In this document: positions 12,356 through 24,696 of the stretch, piece after piece
Numbering within the stretch: the first letter of the stretch is position 1
Layout of the letters: each line of letters starts with the position of its first letter
Source: Eledone cirrhosa
Lineage: Eukaryota
Direction of reading: 5' to 3'
NCBI GenBank assembly: GCA_964016885.1
Contig: CAXHJY010001352.1
Location: 1 to 64,000 of the forward strand
DNA: 64,000 nucleotides
Notes under the pieces: generated by a model
What the model saw: the letters and a program-made list of their open reading frames with translations, nothing else
Database searches by the model: none
What the model was told of the DNA's origin: nothing
Translations under genes and position numbers: made by a program

Positions 12356-15300
12356 ATGGCTATGCTAAGAGTAGGCTGTTTAAATGCGCGTGGCCTGGGC
12401 TCAACTTGGAAGCAAGCAATGCTTCTAAATGACCTCAGGTCACAACGTATAGATGTGATGGTTATTTGCGAGGCCCGGATCAGCAACGTGCGACAGCTGG
12501 CCCCCACCTTTGATGACTTTGAGATGCACGCATCTCTCTGTCAGCCCGGAGGTGGGGGTGGAGTTGTCGTTCTGCTGCAAAAACATCTGGGTCTCGCAAC
12601 ACAGATGGTACATTTGGACCCGGAGGGTCGACTAGTGGTTCTGGACCTTGGCAGTGGTAAAGGCGGAGCGTTTAGGTTGGTAGCCGCCTACGGCCCTTTC
12701 GGGTCAATGCGGCCGGACTTCTTCCATCGTCTGGAGACTTTTCTAGGGACGTCCCGCTCCTTGCTATTAGTGGGGGACTGGAATGGTATCCTAGATGCAC
12801 GCTGGGACTACGTAGGGGCCTGCCCCGATAGAGAGGGGTGTAATAGCCTCAAAGGGTTAATCGGTCGATTTGACCTGGCCGATAGATATCGACTAGATTT
12901 TCCGACTGCGCCAACCTGGACTTGGGCAAATCGTAGCGGATCATCTAGGTCGTACCTAGATAGGTTCTTAGTTAGAATTAAGGATAAGGACTTTTTAAGT
13001 TGTCCAAAAATGCGCATGGTTGGCTATTCAGACCACAAATTAGTGACCTGCATGGTCAACCTTGACAGAACTCATAGACAGGGCCCCGGTTACTGGAAGC
13101 TCAACTTGTCCTTGCCGGCAAGTAGAGCCTACAGGAATCGGATTAGTACGTTAGTTAAGGAACGGTTGACTGGAGCGATCGTCAACAGCAGGTGGTGGGT
13201 ATCTCTAAAGAGAGAGATTAGAGTAGTCTCGATAGAATTTAGTAAGGTTCTAGCTGCGGATAGGAATAGGAAGGAAAGGGAGCTAATAGATAGAGTAGAA
13301 GAGGCAATTAGAAGCAGCGACGTGGCCACAGTGCTAGCGTCGAGAACGGTTTTGAGCCAGTTTTTCGACGCGAAGCACGAAGGCTGCGTTGTCCGAAGTA
13401 AAATACGTGCTCTAGGGAACGAGGGGACCAAAGCTGTTAGCTGGGCCCGCGTGACAGAGGCCAACAGTGGAACTAAATCCACCATCCGGTCTTTGCGAGA
13501 CCTGGATGGACGGGCGATTCTTGAGCCTGAGCAGATGTGTGAGGCCTTTCAAAGGCACTTTGCCCGACTGTTCGGGAGGGGCGGGGAGCCGGTTGGGAAC
13601 GTGGACTTCGGTCCATACCTCGACGGCCTGCCGCGCCTCTCGGACAGGGAGGCGAAGTCCTGCGAGGAGCCGATTTCGGCCGCTGAGATAGAGGACGTGC
13701 TGAGCCAATGCGGCAAACGCAAATCCCCGGGTCTCGATGGTCTTCCTTACGAATTATATCTAGCTATGCCGGACTTGTTCCCCGATCTCCTCGAGGCGGT
13801 CTACTGCAACTGGCAACAGAACGGGAGAATTCCCTGTACTGTGACCAAGGGCGTAGTCACGCTAGTGAGGAAGGACGAGAACAAGGGGGACGAAATAAGT
13901 AACTTCAGGCCCATAACTCTGCTAAATACAGAGTTACAGATTTTGGCCAAGGTGCTAGCAAAGAGGTTGGCGCTTGTCGTGGGCAACCTGGTGGGAGATG
14001 CGCAGACATGCGCTATCCCGTCCAGGTCCATCCATGACAACCTCCACCTCATGCGATACATCATAGAGAGGGTTGGGAATGAACCCGGCTTTGGTGGGGC
14101 TCTGATCAACTTGGATCAATCTAAGGCGTTCGATAGGGTCGACCATGGTTACCTGGATGCGGTGCTAGCGGCGGCAGGCTTCGGACCCATTTTCAGGGGC
14201 TGGATCACTGCTATGCACAGCAGCCGCATCTGCTCTAGGGTCAAGGTGAACGGCTACCTCTCGGAGCCGTTCAAAATCGCGCGGTCCATCCGACAAGGGT
14301 GCCCTCTCTCCTCCCTTCTGTATGTGTTGACTCTCGAGCCACTACTGCGGAAGTTGGAGTTGTTGCAGGGCATCCCTTTGGAACCAGGATTGCGGAAAGC
14401 GGTGTCGGCCTACGCCGATGACGTGACAGTAATGGTGTCGACGGCCTCCGAAATCGAGGCGGTCGGCACCTTACTGGAGGAGTACGAAAAGTTCACAGGG
14501 GCTAAGCTGAACCGGGACAAGTCGATCGGTTTGCAACTCGGCACGTGGAGGGGCAGACCGATGCCCTCCGATGGCGTCGTCGGACGCTGGACGGAGGGCC
14601 CGGTGAAGTTGCTCGGGGTCTGGTTCGGACCGGACCTCCAGGTGGAGAAAAACTGGGCGGAGGTTACGAACAGGGTGTTTGCACTGACCAGAAGTGGGCC
14701 AGTTGCAAACTATCCCTGAAAGGTCGGGCGGAGGTGGCGAACACCTACATAGCGTCCGTCATCTACTACCGCCTGACCGTAGTGCCCTGCCCAAGGGAAA
14801 CCCTCACCAAGATGGAGCGCGCGCTCTTCCAATTCCTTTGGAAGAGGCGGGCTCCTATGGTGAGGAGATCCATCTGCTGTCAACACCCTTCGAAAGGAGG
14901 GCTGGGGATGCCGTGGCTAATGATGCGTAAACACGCATTAAGGCTACGGCACCTCTACGTATTCCTCACCGGACAACCGGTGTGGGCCTCGTTTGTGAGA
15001 CGAACCTTTCCCAGACTCGTCTCACTCACCGAGCTGCAATCCTGGGTCAAGCAAAGACCGAGAAAACTGGGCGCCTGGCACACTGAGTGTGCTCAGGCGC
15101 TCACTGCCCTCTGGCAGGCGGATCCGGTTATCAGTGGAGACTCCACCGCAACATTCTATAGAGGGCTGGTACGCAGCAGGTGCGACGACGCCCTCGGAGA
15201 AGCCCTAGACATGGAGGAGGACGAACTGGCGAGCCAGTTCGGTAGGACATTCAGCCCGGGACCTATGGACAACTTCCAGAAGTCCCTGGCCTGGCAGTGC

Positions 15301-15780
15301 TACCGAGGGGCTTTACCCGTTCGAGAAAGGCTCTACAGACACGGGCGCCCGGGTAGGGACCCCGCCAAAAAGATCTGTCCCAGATGCGTGTGCGACGAGG
15401 AAACCGTTGCACACGCATTGGTACACTGCTCGGGCGTAGCCGATCTGTGGGGCTATGTCGAACAACTGCTGTCAAGGGTGGGACCGATCCGGTTGACCAC
15501 CGAGTCTATTGTAATGATTAAGCCGCCTCCCCCCTTCAAAGATGAAGCAGAGGCAGTGTTTCTGTGCGTAATAGCCATGGCGAAAGAGGTTGTATGGCGG
15601 ACGCGTCTGAAAGGACTGAGGTCAGGCACCTTTCTCTCTGGCCAACAACTGGTCCGTTTCTTCCGTTATCATTTCGGAAGAAGGATCAGGATGGAGAGAG
15701 AGGTGCTGCACCCCAGCCGTTTCTATGAAAGATGGGTGAAAGTGGCGAGAATGGCCCGTGTGAATGGGCCTTCACCCTAA
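12356..15780 (+). CDS. Tx1/L1 ORF2: APE endonuclease, reverse transcriptase, C-terminal CCHC; one frameshift near 14688
   Basis: LNARGL, GDWN, SYLDRF, SDH (EN); GPGYWKLN; KSPGLDG, FRPITLLN, DQSKAFDRVDH, RQGCPLS, YADD (RT); CPRC-x8-H-x4-C. Adding one C at ~14688 gives ALTQKWASCKLSLKGR. Confidence 0.9.
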
Positions 15781-15790
15781 ATATATATAT

Positions 15791-16128
15791 CATCATCATC
15801 ATTTCATTTTACATCCACTTTTCCCTGCTTGCAAGGGTGGGACGGGAACTGATTCTGGCTTGATTTCTACACCTGGATGCCATTCCTAACACCAACCTCA
15901 TTTACAGTGTGGGCTGGGTGCTTTTTTTTGCCGTGGCACCTCCACGACTTTGCAGTGGAATGATAGGGACCCTAGTCCCTATCATCTCATTTCTACAGCT
16001 GAGTACGCTGGAGCAATGTGAAATAAAGTGTCTTGCTCAAGGAAACAACACATCACCTAGTCTGAGAAATGAGCTCACAACTTTTCGATTGCAAGGCCAA
16101 TGCTCTAACCACTAAGCCATGTGCCTCC
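15791..16128 (-). mobile_element. tRNA-derived CORE-type SINE (family 1) with RTE-derived tail
   Basis: Reverse complement: A-box tggcttagtgg, B-box-like segment, ccttgagcaagacact...cagctgtagaaatgag CORE-like block, (ATG)n tail. Confidence 0.85.
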
Positions 16129-16134
16129 ATCCAT

Positions 16135-16171
16135 CCATATATATATATATATATGTACGTACGTATGTATG

Positions 16172-16231
<60 letters not shown>

Positions 16232-16244
16232 CGTATATATATGT

Positions 16245-16278
<34 letters not shown>

Positions 16279-16297
16279 CACATACATATATATATGT

Positions 16298-16329
<32 letters not shown>

Positions 16330-16348
16330 CACATACATATATATATGT

Positions 16349-16380
<32 letters not shown>

Positions 16381-16747
16381 CACATACATATATATATATT
16401 ATATATATATATATGAAACATACATATATATATATATATATATATACATACGTACATATATATATATACATACATATATACATATACATACATACATATA
16501 TATATATACATACATACATACATATATATACATATATATATATATACATACATATATATATATATATACATACATATATATATATATATACATACATATA
16601 TATATATATATACATACATATATATATATATATACATACATATATATATACATACATATATATATACATACATATATATATATATACATACATATATATA
16701 TACATACATATATATATACATATATATATTATATATATATATATGAA

Positions 16748-16778
<31 letters not shown>

Positions 16779-16885
16779 CATACGTACATATATATATATA
16801 CATACATATATACATATACATACGTACATATATATATATACATACATATATACATATACATACATACATATATATATATACATAC

Positions 16886-16919
<34 letters not shown>

Positions 16920-17132
16920 ATACATACATATATATATATATATACATACATATATATATATATATACATACATATATATATATATATACATACATATATA
17001 TATATATATACATACATATATATATACATACATATATATATACATACATATATATATATATACATACATATATATATACATACATATATATATACATATA
17101 TATATTATATATATATATATGAAACATACATA
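16135..17132. repeat. (TA)n/(TACA)n microsatellite with higher-order repeats
   Basis: Marker atatgaaacatac recurs at ~16411, ~16741 and ~17117. Confidence 0.9.
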
Positions 17133-20100
17133 TTATGATGTTAATATGTATGTTAATATTATGATGTTCCCTGCTGTATTAGCGTTAAATTTTCCCTGCT
17201 GTATTAGCGATAAATTTTCGAGGGTTTCTCTTAGTAGCTTTTTTCATGACGTTATTATTGTTAATTTTACTGATGTAGTATTAACTTATTAACTTGGATA
17301 TTTACCATGCGGTATTCTAATCCTATTGTATCTCTCTTCAGTTATTTACCATGCGACCCTCAGTTCCTACCCCCCCCCCCCCCCTCTATGCACTTCTTTA
17401 AGGCTTACTACCCTGTCTTTAACCTAATTCATTCAATCTGAAAATATTGAAGAGATAAGACACTTTGCCATTCTTCTCTGCTAAAATGTACCAGTAGAGC
17501 TGATTCAAATTTTCCCAGCCAGCCATCCACCTAATCTACGAAGGTATTTTAGCCTACATATTGTCGTTAATATTATGATGTTCCCTGCTGTATTAGCGTT
17601 AAATTTTCCCTGCTGTATTAGCGATAAATTTTCGAGGGTTTCTCTTAGTAGCTTTTTCATGTCGTTAATATTATGATGTTCCCTGCTGTATTAGCGTTAA
17701 ATTTTCCCTGCTGTATTAGCGATAAATTTTCGAGGGTTTCTCTTAGTAGCTTTTTTCATGACGTTATTATTGTTAATTTTACTGATGTAGTATTAACTTA
17801 TTAACTTGGATATTTACCATGCGGTATTCTAATCCTATTGTATCTCTCTTCAGTTATTTACCATGCGACCCTCAGTTCCTACCCCCCCCCTCTATGCACT
17901 TCTTTAAGGCTTACTACCCTGTCTTTAACCTAATTCATTCAATCTGAAAATATTGAAGAGATAAGACACTTTGCCATTCTTCTCTGCTAAAATGTACCAG
18001 TAGAGCTGATTCAAATTTTCCCAGCCAGCCATCCACCTAATCTACGAAGGTATTTTAGCCTACATATTGTCGTTAATATTATGATGTTCCCTGCTGTATT
18101 AGCGTTAAATTTTCCCTGCTGTATTAGCGATAAATTTTCGAGGGTTTCTCTTAGTAGCTTTTTCATGTCGTTAATATTATGATGTTCCCTGCTGTATTAG
18201 CGTTAAATTTTCCCTGCTGTATTAGCGATAAATTTTCGAGGGTTTCTCTTAGTAGCTTTTTTCATGACGTTATTATTGTTAATTTTACTGATGTAGTATT
18301 AACTTATTAACTTGGATATTTACCATGCGGTATTCTAATCCTATTGTATCTCTCTTCAGTTATTTACCATGCGACCCTCAGTTCCTACCCCCCCCCCCCC
18401 TCTATGCACTTCTTTAAGGCTTACTACCCTGTCTTTAACCTAATTCATTCAATCTGAAAATATTGAAGAGATAAGACACTTTGCCATTCTTCTCTGCTAA
18501 AATGTACCAGTAGAGCTGATTCAAATTTTCCCAGCCAGCCATCCACCTAATCTACGAAGGTATTTTAGCCTACATATTGTCGTTAATATTATGATGTTCC
18601 CTGCTGTATTAGCGTTAAATTTTCCCTGCTGTATTAGCGATAAATTTTCGAGGGTTTCTCTTAGTAGCTTTTTCATGTCGTTAATATTATGATGTTCCCT
18701 GCTGTATTAGCGTTAAATTTTCCCTGCTGTATTAGCGATAAATTTTCGAGGGTTTCTCTTAGTAGCTTTTTTCATGACGTTATTATTGTTAATTTTACTG
18801 ATGTAGTATTAACTTATTAACTTGGATATTTACCATGCGGTATTCTAATCCTATTGTATCTCTCTTCAGTTATTTACCATGCGACCCTCAGTTCCTACCC
18901 CCCCCCCCTCTATGCACTTCTTTAAGGCTTACTACCCTGTCTTTAACCTAATTCATTCAATCTGAAAATATTGAAGAGATAAGACACTTTGCCATTCTTC
19001 TCTGCTAAAATGTACCAGTAGAGCTGATTCAAATTTTCCCAGCCAGCCATCCACCTAATCTACGAAGGTATTTTAGCCTACATATTGTCGTTAATATTAT
19101 GATGTTCCCTGCTGTATTAGCGTTAAATTTTCCCTGCTGTATTAGCGATAAATTTTCGAGGGTTTCTCTTAGTAGCTTTTTCATGTCGTTAATATTATGA
19201 TGTTCCCTGCTGTATTAGCGTTAAATTTTCCCTGCTGTATTAGCGATAAATTTTCGAGGGTTTCTCTTAGTAGCTTTTTTCATGACGTTATTATTGTTAA
19301 TTTTACTGATGTAGTATTAACTTGGATATTTACCATGCGGTATTCTAATCCTATTGTATCTCTCTTCAGTTATTTACCATGCGACCCTCAGTTCCTACCC
19401 CCCCCCCTCTATGCACTTCTTTAAGGCTTACTACCCTGTCTTTAACCTAATTCATTCAATCTGAAAATATTGAAGAGATAAGACACTTTGCCATTCTTCT
19501 CTGCTAAAATGTACCAGTAGAGCTGATTCAAATTTTCCCAGCCAGCCATCCACCTAATCTACGAAGGTATTTTAGCCTACATATTGTCGTTAATATTATG
19601 ATGTTCCCTGCTGTATTAGCGTTAAATTTTCCCTGCTGTATTAGCGATAAATTTTCGAGGGTTTCTCTTAGTAGCTTTTTCATGTCGTTAATATTATGAT
19701 GTTCCCTGCTGTATTAGCGTTAAATTTTCCCTGCTGTATTAGCGATAAATTTTCGAGGGTTTCTCTTAGTAGCTTTTTTCATGACGTTATTATTGTTAAT
19801 TTTACTGATGTAGTATTAACTTATTAACTTGGATATTTACCATGCGGTATTCTAATCCTATTGTATCTCTCTTCAGTTATTTACCATGCGACCCTCAGTT
19901 CCTACCCCCCCCCCCCCTCTATGCACTTCTTTAAGGCTTACTACCCTGTCTTTAACCTAATTCATTCAATCTGAAAATATTGAAGAGATAAGACACTTTG
20001 CCATTCTTCTCTGCTAAAATGTACCAGTAGAGCTGATTCAAATTTTCCCAGCCAGCCATCCACCTAATCTACGAAGGTATTTTAGCCTACATATTGTCGT

Positions 20101-20866
20101 TAATATTATGATGTTCCCTGCTGTATTAGCGTTAAATTTTCCCTGCTGTATTAGCGATAAATTTTCGAGGGTTTCTCTTAGTAGCTTTTTCATGTCGTTA
20201 ATATTATGATGTTCCCTGCTGTATTAGCGTTAAATTTTCCCTGCTGTATTAGCGATAAATTTTCGAGGGTTTCTCTTAGTAGCTTTTTTCATGACGTTAT
20301 TATTGTTAATTTTACTGATGTAGTATTAACTTGGATATTTACCATGCGGTATTCTAATCCTATTGTATCTCTCTTCAGTTATTTACCATGCGACCCTCAG
20401 TTCCTACCCCCCCCCCCTCTATGCACTTCTTTAAGGCTTACTACCCTGTCTTTAACCTAATTCATTCAATCTGAAAATATTGAAGAGATAAGACACTTTG
20501 CCATTCTTCTCTGCTAAAATGTACCAGTAGAGCTGATTCAAATTTTCCCAGCCAGCCATCCACCTAATCTACGAAGGTATTTTAGCCTACATATTGTCGT
20601 TAATATTATGATGTTCCCTGCTGTATTAGCGTTAAATTTTCCCTGCTGTATTAGCGATAAATTTTCGAGGGTTTCTCTTAGTAGCTTTTTCATGTCGTTA
20701 ATATTATGATGTTCCCTGCTGTATTAGCGTTAAATTTTCCCTGCTGTATTAGCGATAAATTTTCGAGGGTTTCTCTTAGTAGCTTTTTTCATGACGTTAT
20801 TATTGTTAAAATTTTACTGATGTAGTATTAACTTGGATATTTACCATGCGACCCTCAGTTCCTACC
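17133..20866 (+). repeat. Tandem array of ~505-bp near-identical monomers (about 7.3 copies), each a 98-bp block plus a ~410-bp block starting with the same 98 bp
   Basis: gttaatattatgatgttccctgctg starts at 17152, 17566/17664, 18072/18170, 18582/18680, 19090/19188, 19589/19687, 20099/20197, 20599/20697; differences mostly poly-C length and an 8-bp indel. Confidence 0.95.
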
Positions 20867-21106
20867 TCACAATTTCCCTCCCCCCCACCCCCACACACCA
20901 CCATAGTCTATTCGACCAATCAAACCTAGCATGCCATTTCCACTGCTGCTGCTACTACCTGCCTAACTAACTCTCTCCTCCTCTGGCGCATCCCAACACA
21001 CCCTGCCATTACCCCACCACCACTGTTCTTCTAGCCCTCAATTTTCCCACCGTTATGGATGGATGAGCTGGGAATACACGAGCAACTCTGAATCAATAGA
21101 TGAAAT

Positions 21107-24100
21107 ATGAATCTGCGAGCTACCAAGCACCCACGTGAGGCGCCAACCCAGAGACCCTCCCCTACGAGTGTCGACAAATGCCCAAAACTCCGAGTTGGTA
21201 CCATCAATGTAGGCTCAATGAAAGGAAGAGCAGGAGAAATCGTAGAAATGCTAGAGCGAAAGGAAGTTGATGTATGCTGTGTGCAAGAGACTAGATGGAG
21301 AGGAGGGTCTGCTAGAGTCCTTGTAGGAAAAAGCCAGTGCTACAAATTTTTCTGGGTGGGAAATGACGATGGGATGGGTGGTGTAGGTATACTATTAGCT
21401 GACAAGTGGGTAGATAAAGTAATCTCAGTGTACAGGGTAAATGCAAGAATCATTAAACTCAGACTAGTCCTGAATAAGACAATTACCACAATAATATCAG
21501 CTTACGCACCCCAATCGGGGCTGCCAGACGAACTTAAGGATAGGTTTTACGAGTCCCTAATACACACTACTGCTCTAACAGACGACAAGGACTTCCTAAT
21601 CATTGCAGGAGATTTTAACGGACACGTAGGTAAACACTGCGACGGCTTCAATAGAGTACATGGAGGCCATGGAGTTGGCACAAGGAATGAGGAAGGATTC
21701 AGACTTCTAGAATTCTGCGACGCCAATGACATGTCGATATGTAACACAAACTTTAAAAAACCCGACAACCACCTGATCACCTATAGATCAGGGGAGCACT
21801 CTAGTCAGTTAGATTTTATTCTCATCAGAGGACGTGACAGATGGACGGTCGTAAACACAAAAGCCTTCCCTAGTGAGGAATGTACATCCCAACATAGCTT
21901 AGTTGTCAGCGACCTCACGGTCAGAACTAGACGAGCCCTGAAACAGAGGCCAACCTGGAGAAGAAAGATCTGGAAGCTGAAAGTCCCCTCAACCAGTAAC
22001 AGATTTAAAGATATTTTACTCAACGCCTACGACAGTAAAGAAGAACAGATAGAGACATTTAACGTAGAAGAGAACTGGGAGTTCCTAAAAAATAACTTAC
22101 TAGAGGCGACGGATGAGGTTTGTGGCTGGAGTAAGACCTCAAGCAGGAGGAGAGTGACTTGGTGGTGGAACAATAAGGTAGATGAAGCAGTCAAGGCCAA
22201 GAGACAGGCATGGAAAGAATGGAAGAACGGGGGGAGCAGGGTACATTACATAGAGACCAAGAGGGAAGCTAGGCGACAAGTATACTTAGCTAGGAGGGAA
22301 GCAGAGGATAGAAAATTCAAGCATGTTTTACAACGTGAGGACCAGAAACAGGAGGTATTCAAGATTGCGAGGCAGTGTGTCAGAGATAGTTGTGATGTCA
22401 TTGGAGAGAAGTGTATCCGGAATGATAAAGGTGAGCTTGCCCTCACAAGTGCTGAGAAGAAAGATGCATGGAAGAGTCATTATGATAGATTACTAAATGA
22501 GGAGAATGCATGGGAAGAAGAGACCCTACCCCACGTAGACCCTATAGAGGGACCAGCAGTACAAGTCAGCGGCAGCGTAGTAAGTAAGGCAATCAGAGAT
22601 ATGAAGATAGGGAAGGCAACCGGTCCATCGGGTATAGCTGCCGAGATGCTGAAGGCATCTGGGTCTGTAGGTCACACTATAACCACACGTATCGTTAACC
22701 AGGTAATACTAGAGGGGGCCATACCAAAAGATTGGTGCAGTAGCATCATTGTCAACTGCTACAAAGGTAAAGGCGATGCACTAGATAGAGGAAACTATAG
22801 AGGTATAAAGTTGATGGACCAGGTCATGAAAGTAACAGAAAGAGTTATAGCACAGCTGATTAGGGACCGGGTGAATATAGACGAGATGCAATTTGGGTTT
22901 GTTCCAGGGAAAGGCACCACTGATGCGCTCTTCCTTGTGAGGCAATTACAGGAAAAGTACCTAGCTAAAAGTAAGCCACTCTACCTGGCATTTGTCGACC
23001 TTGAGAAAGCCTTTGACAGAGTTCCACGTGCAGTAATCTGGTGGGCTCTTAGAAAACTAGGAGTAGATGAATGGCTTGTGAAAGCGGTACAAGCCATGTA
23101 TAGGGGAGCAGTCAGCAAAGTTAGGATTGGCAATGAGTATAGCGAGGAATTTAGCGTACAGGTTGGGGTCCACCAGGGCTCTGTTCTTAGCCCTCTCCTG
23201 TTCATCATAGTCCTGCAGGCAATAACGGAGGAGTTTAAGACCGGATGCCCATGGGAACTCCTGTATGCTGATGACCTCGCACTCATAGCTGAATCTATGG
23301 TAGAACTAGAGAATAAATTCCAAACCTGGAAGCAGGGACTAGAGAGAAAGGGCCTCAAAGTCAACATGACAAAGACTAAGGTCCTTATAAGTAGACGAGA
23401 AAACAGAACCCAGATCCCCTCAGGGAAATGGCCTTGCTCAGTATGTAGGAAAGGTGTAGGTAGGAACTCCATTCTTTGCCCCAAATGCAAACAATGGGTA
23501 CACAAGAGATGTAGCGGGATCTCAGGAAGCTTAATTAAGAATGTAGGATTCACATGCAGCAGCTGTGCTGAAACAGCAAGCAAACAGCCACAGGAAACAA
23601 GTACCACCAATCTCTGGGAGGGCCCTGTAGAAACAGTAGACAGCTTCTGCTACCTAGGTGACCGAATTAGCAACGGAGGTGGGTGCTCAGAAAGTACAAT
23701 AACTAGGGTAAGAACGGGATGGAAGAAGTTTAGGGAACTACTACCACTGCTAGCTGCAAAAGGCTTCTCCCTCAGAATGAAAGGCAGACTGTATGATGCG
23801 TGTATCCGAACAGCGATGTTGCATGGTAGTGAGACCTGGGCGCTGAAGGTGGAAGACTTACGTAGATTAGAGAGAAACGAAGCCTGCATGCCCCGATGGA
23901 TGTGTAACAGTAATATACGTGAACGACAAAGCATAAATGAATTGAGAGAGAGACTGAGCATAAGAGGAATCAAATGCTGCGTGCAGGAGAGGCGGTTACG
24001 CTGGTATGGACATGTGATGCGTATGAAGGATGACAGCTGCATAAAAAGGTGCAGAGCACTAGAAGTTGATGGAAACCGCGGAGTGGGGAGACCCAAGATG

Positions 24101-24226
24101 ACTTGGGATGAGGTGATAAAAGCCGACCTTACCCAACTACACCTCTCAAAGTCAATGACACACGACCGTGACTTCTGGCGTCACGCAGTAATACAGGGTA
24201 CCCGACCTCCCATGGGTACATGCTGA
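21107..24226 (+). CDS. RTE LINE polyprotein (APE endonuclease, RT with embedded PHD-like finger), 1039 aa, intact
   Basis: GTINV, VQETRW, SAYAPQ, GDFNGHVG, SQH (EN); [65 protein letters not shown]. Confidence 0.97.
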   Translation: MNLRATKHPREAPTQRPSPTSVDKCPKLRVGTINVGSMKGRAGEIVEMLERKEVDVCCVQETRWRGGSARVLVGKSQCYKFFWVGNDDGMGGVGILLADKWVDKVISVYRVNARIIKLRLVLNKTITTIISAYAPQSGLPDELKDRFYESLIHTTALTDDKDFLIIAGDFNGHVGKHCDGFNRVHGGHGVGTRNEEGFRLLEFCDANDMSICNTNFKKPDNHLITYRSGEHSSQLDFILIRGRDRWTVVNTKAFPSEECTSQHSLVVSDLTVRTRRALKQRPTWRRKIWKLKVPSTSNRFKDILLNAYDSKEEQIETFNVEENWEFLKNNLLEATDEVCGWSKTSSRRRVTWWWNNKVDEAVKAKRQAWKEWKNGGSRVHYIETKREARRQVYLARREAEDRKFKHVLQREDQKQEVFKIARQCVRDSCDVIGEKCIRNDKGELALTSAEKKDAWKSHYDRLLNEENAWEEETLPHVDPIEGPAVQVSGSVVSKAIRDMKIGKATGPSGIAAEMLKASGSVGHTITTRIVNQVILEGAIPKDWCSSIIVNCYKGKGDALDRGNYRGIKLMDQVMKVTERVIAQLIRDRVNIDEMQFGFVPGKGTTDALFLVRQLQEKYLAKSKPLYLAFVDLEKAFDRVPRAVIWWALRKLGVDEWLVKAVQAMYRGAVSKVRIGNEYSEEFSVQVGVHQGSVLSPLLFIIVLQAITEEFKTGCPWELLYADDLALIAESMVELENKFQTWKQGLERKGLKVNMTKTKVLISRRENRTQIPSGKWPCSVCRKGVGRNSILCPKCKQWVHKRCSGISGSLIKNVGFTCSSCAETASKQPQETSTTNLWEGPVETVDSFCYLGDRISNGGGCSESTITRVRTGWKKFRELLPLLAAKGFSLRMKGRLYDACIRTAMLHGSETWALKVEDLRRLERNEACMPRWMCNSNIRERQSINELRERLSIRGIKCCVQERRLRWYGHVMRMKDDSCIKRCRALEVDGNRGVGRPKMTWDEVIKADLTQLHLSKSMTHDRDFWRHAVIQGTRPPMGTC

Positions 24227-24530
24227 AGCATATAAACAATATGCCCCCCCCCCCCCCCACCGCAAGGTGGTCGTGGAGGTGCCACGGCAAAAAAGCACCC
24301 AGCCCACACTGTAAAGTGGACGTGTAGGCGCCACGAAAAAGCACCCAGCACTCACTGTAAATGAGGTTGGTGTTAGGAAGGGCATCCAGCTGTAGAAATC
24401 AAGCCAGATCAGTTCCTGTATGAGCAAGGCATGGTCAGCCGACCAGACACTGCCCACAACAGGACAACCCGTCTAACCCATGCTAGCGTGGAAGAACGGA
24501 CGTAAAACGGTGATGATGATGATGATGATG

Positions 24531-24662
24531 ATATATATATATATATATATATATACATACGTACATATATATATATACATACATATATACATATACATAC
24601 GTACATATATATATATACATACATATATACATATACATACATACATATATATATATACATAC

Positions 24663-24696
<34 letters not shown>

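Larger units (their letters stand above)
11330..15780 (+). mobile_element. Tx1/L1-clade non-LTR retrotransposon (partial ORF1 plus near-complete ORF2)
   Basis: ORF1 remnant with gag knuckle, then APE-RT-zinc finger ORF2; GC/CpG-rich relative to flanks; flanked by TA repeats. Confidence 0.9.
17133..24530 (+). mobile_element. Intact RTE-clade LINE, subfamily A copy 1, probably including the 5' monomer array
   Basis: Intact ORF, 3' UTR and (GAT)n tail ending at 24530; the flanking microsatellite pattern resumes across the whole interval. Confidence 0.75.

Noticed and set aside
17566-17664. Hammerhead in the 98-bp block (minus strand ctaagag...ctcgaaa)
   Set aside because: Core lacks G5 and the helices are not convincing
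21547-24096. Antisense ORFs over the LINEs
   Set aside because: Shadows of the sense ORF; broken differently between near-identical copies
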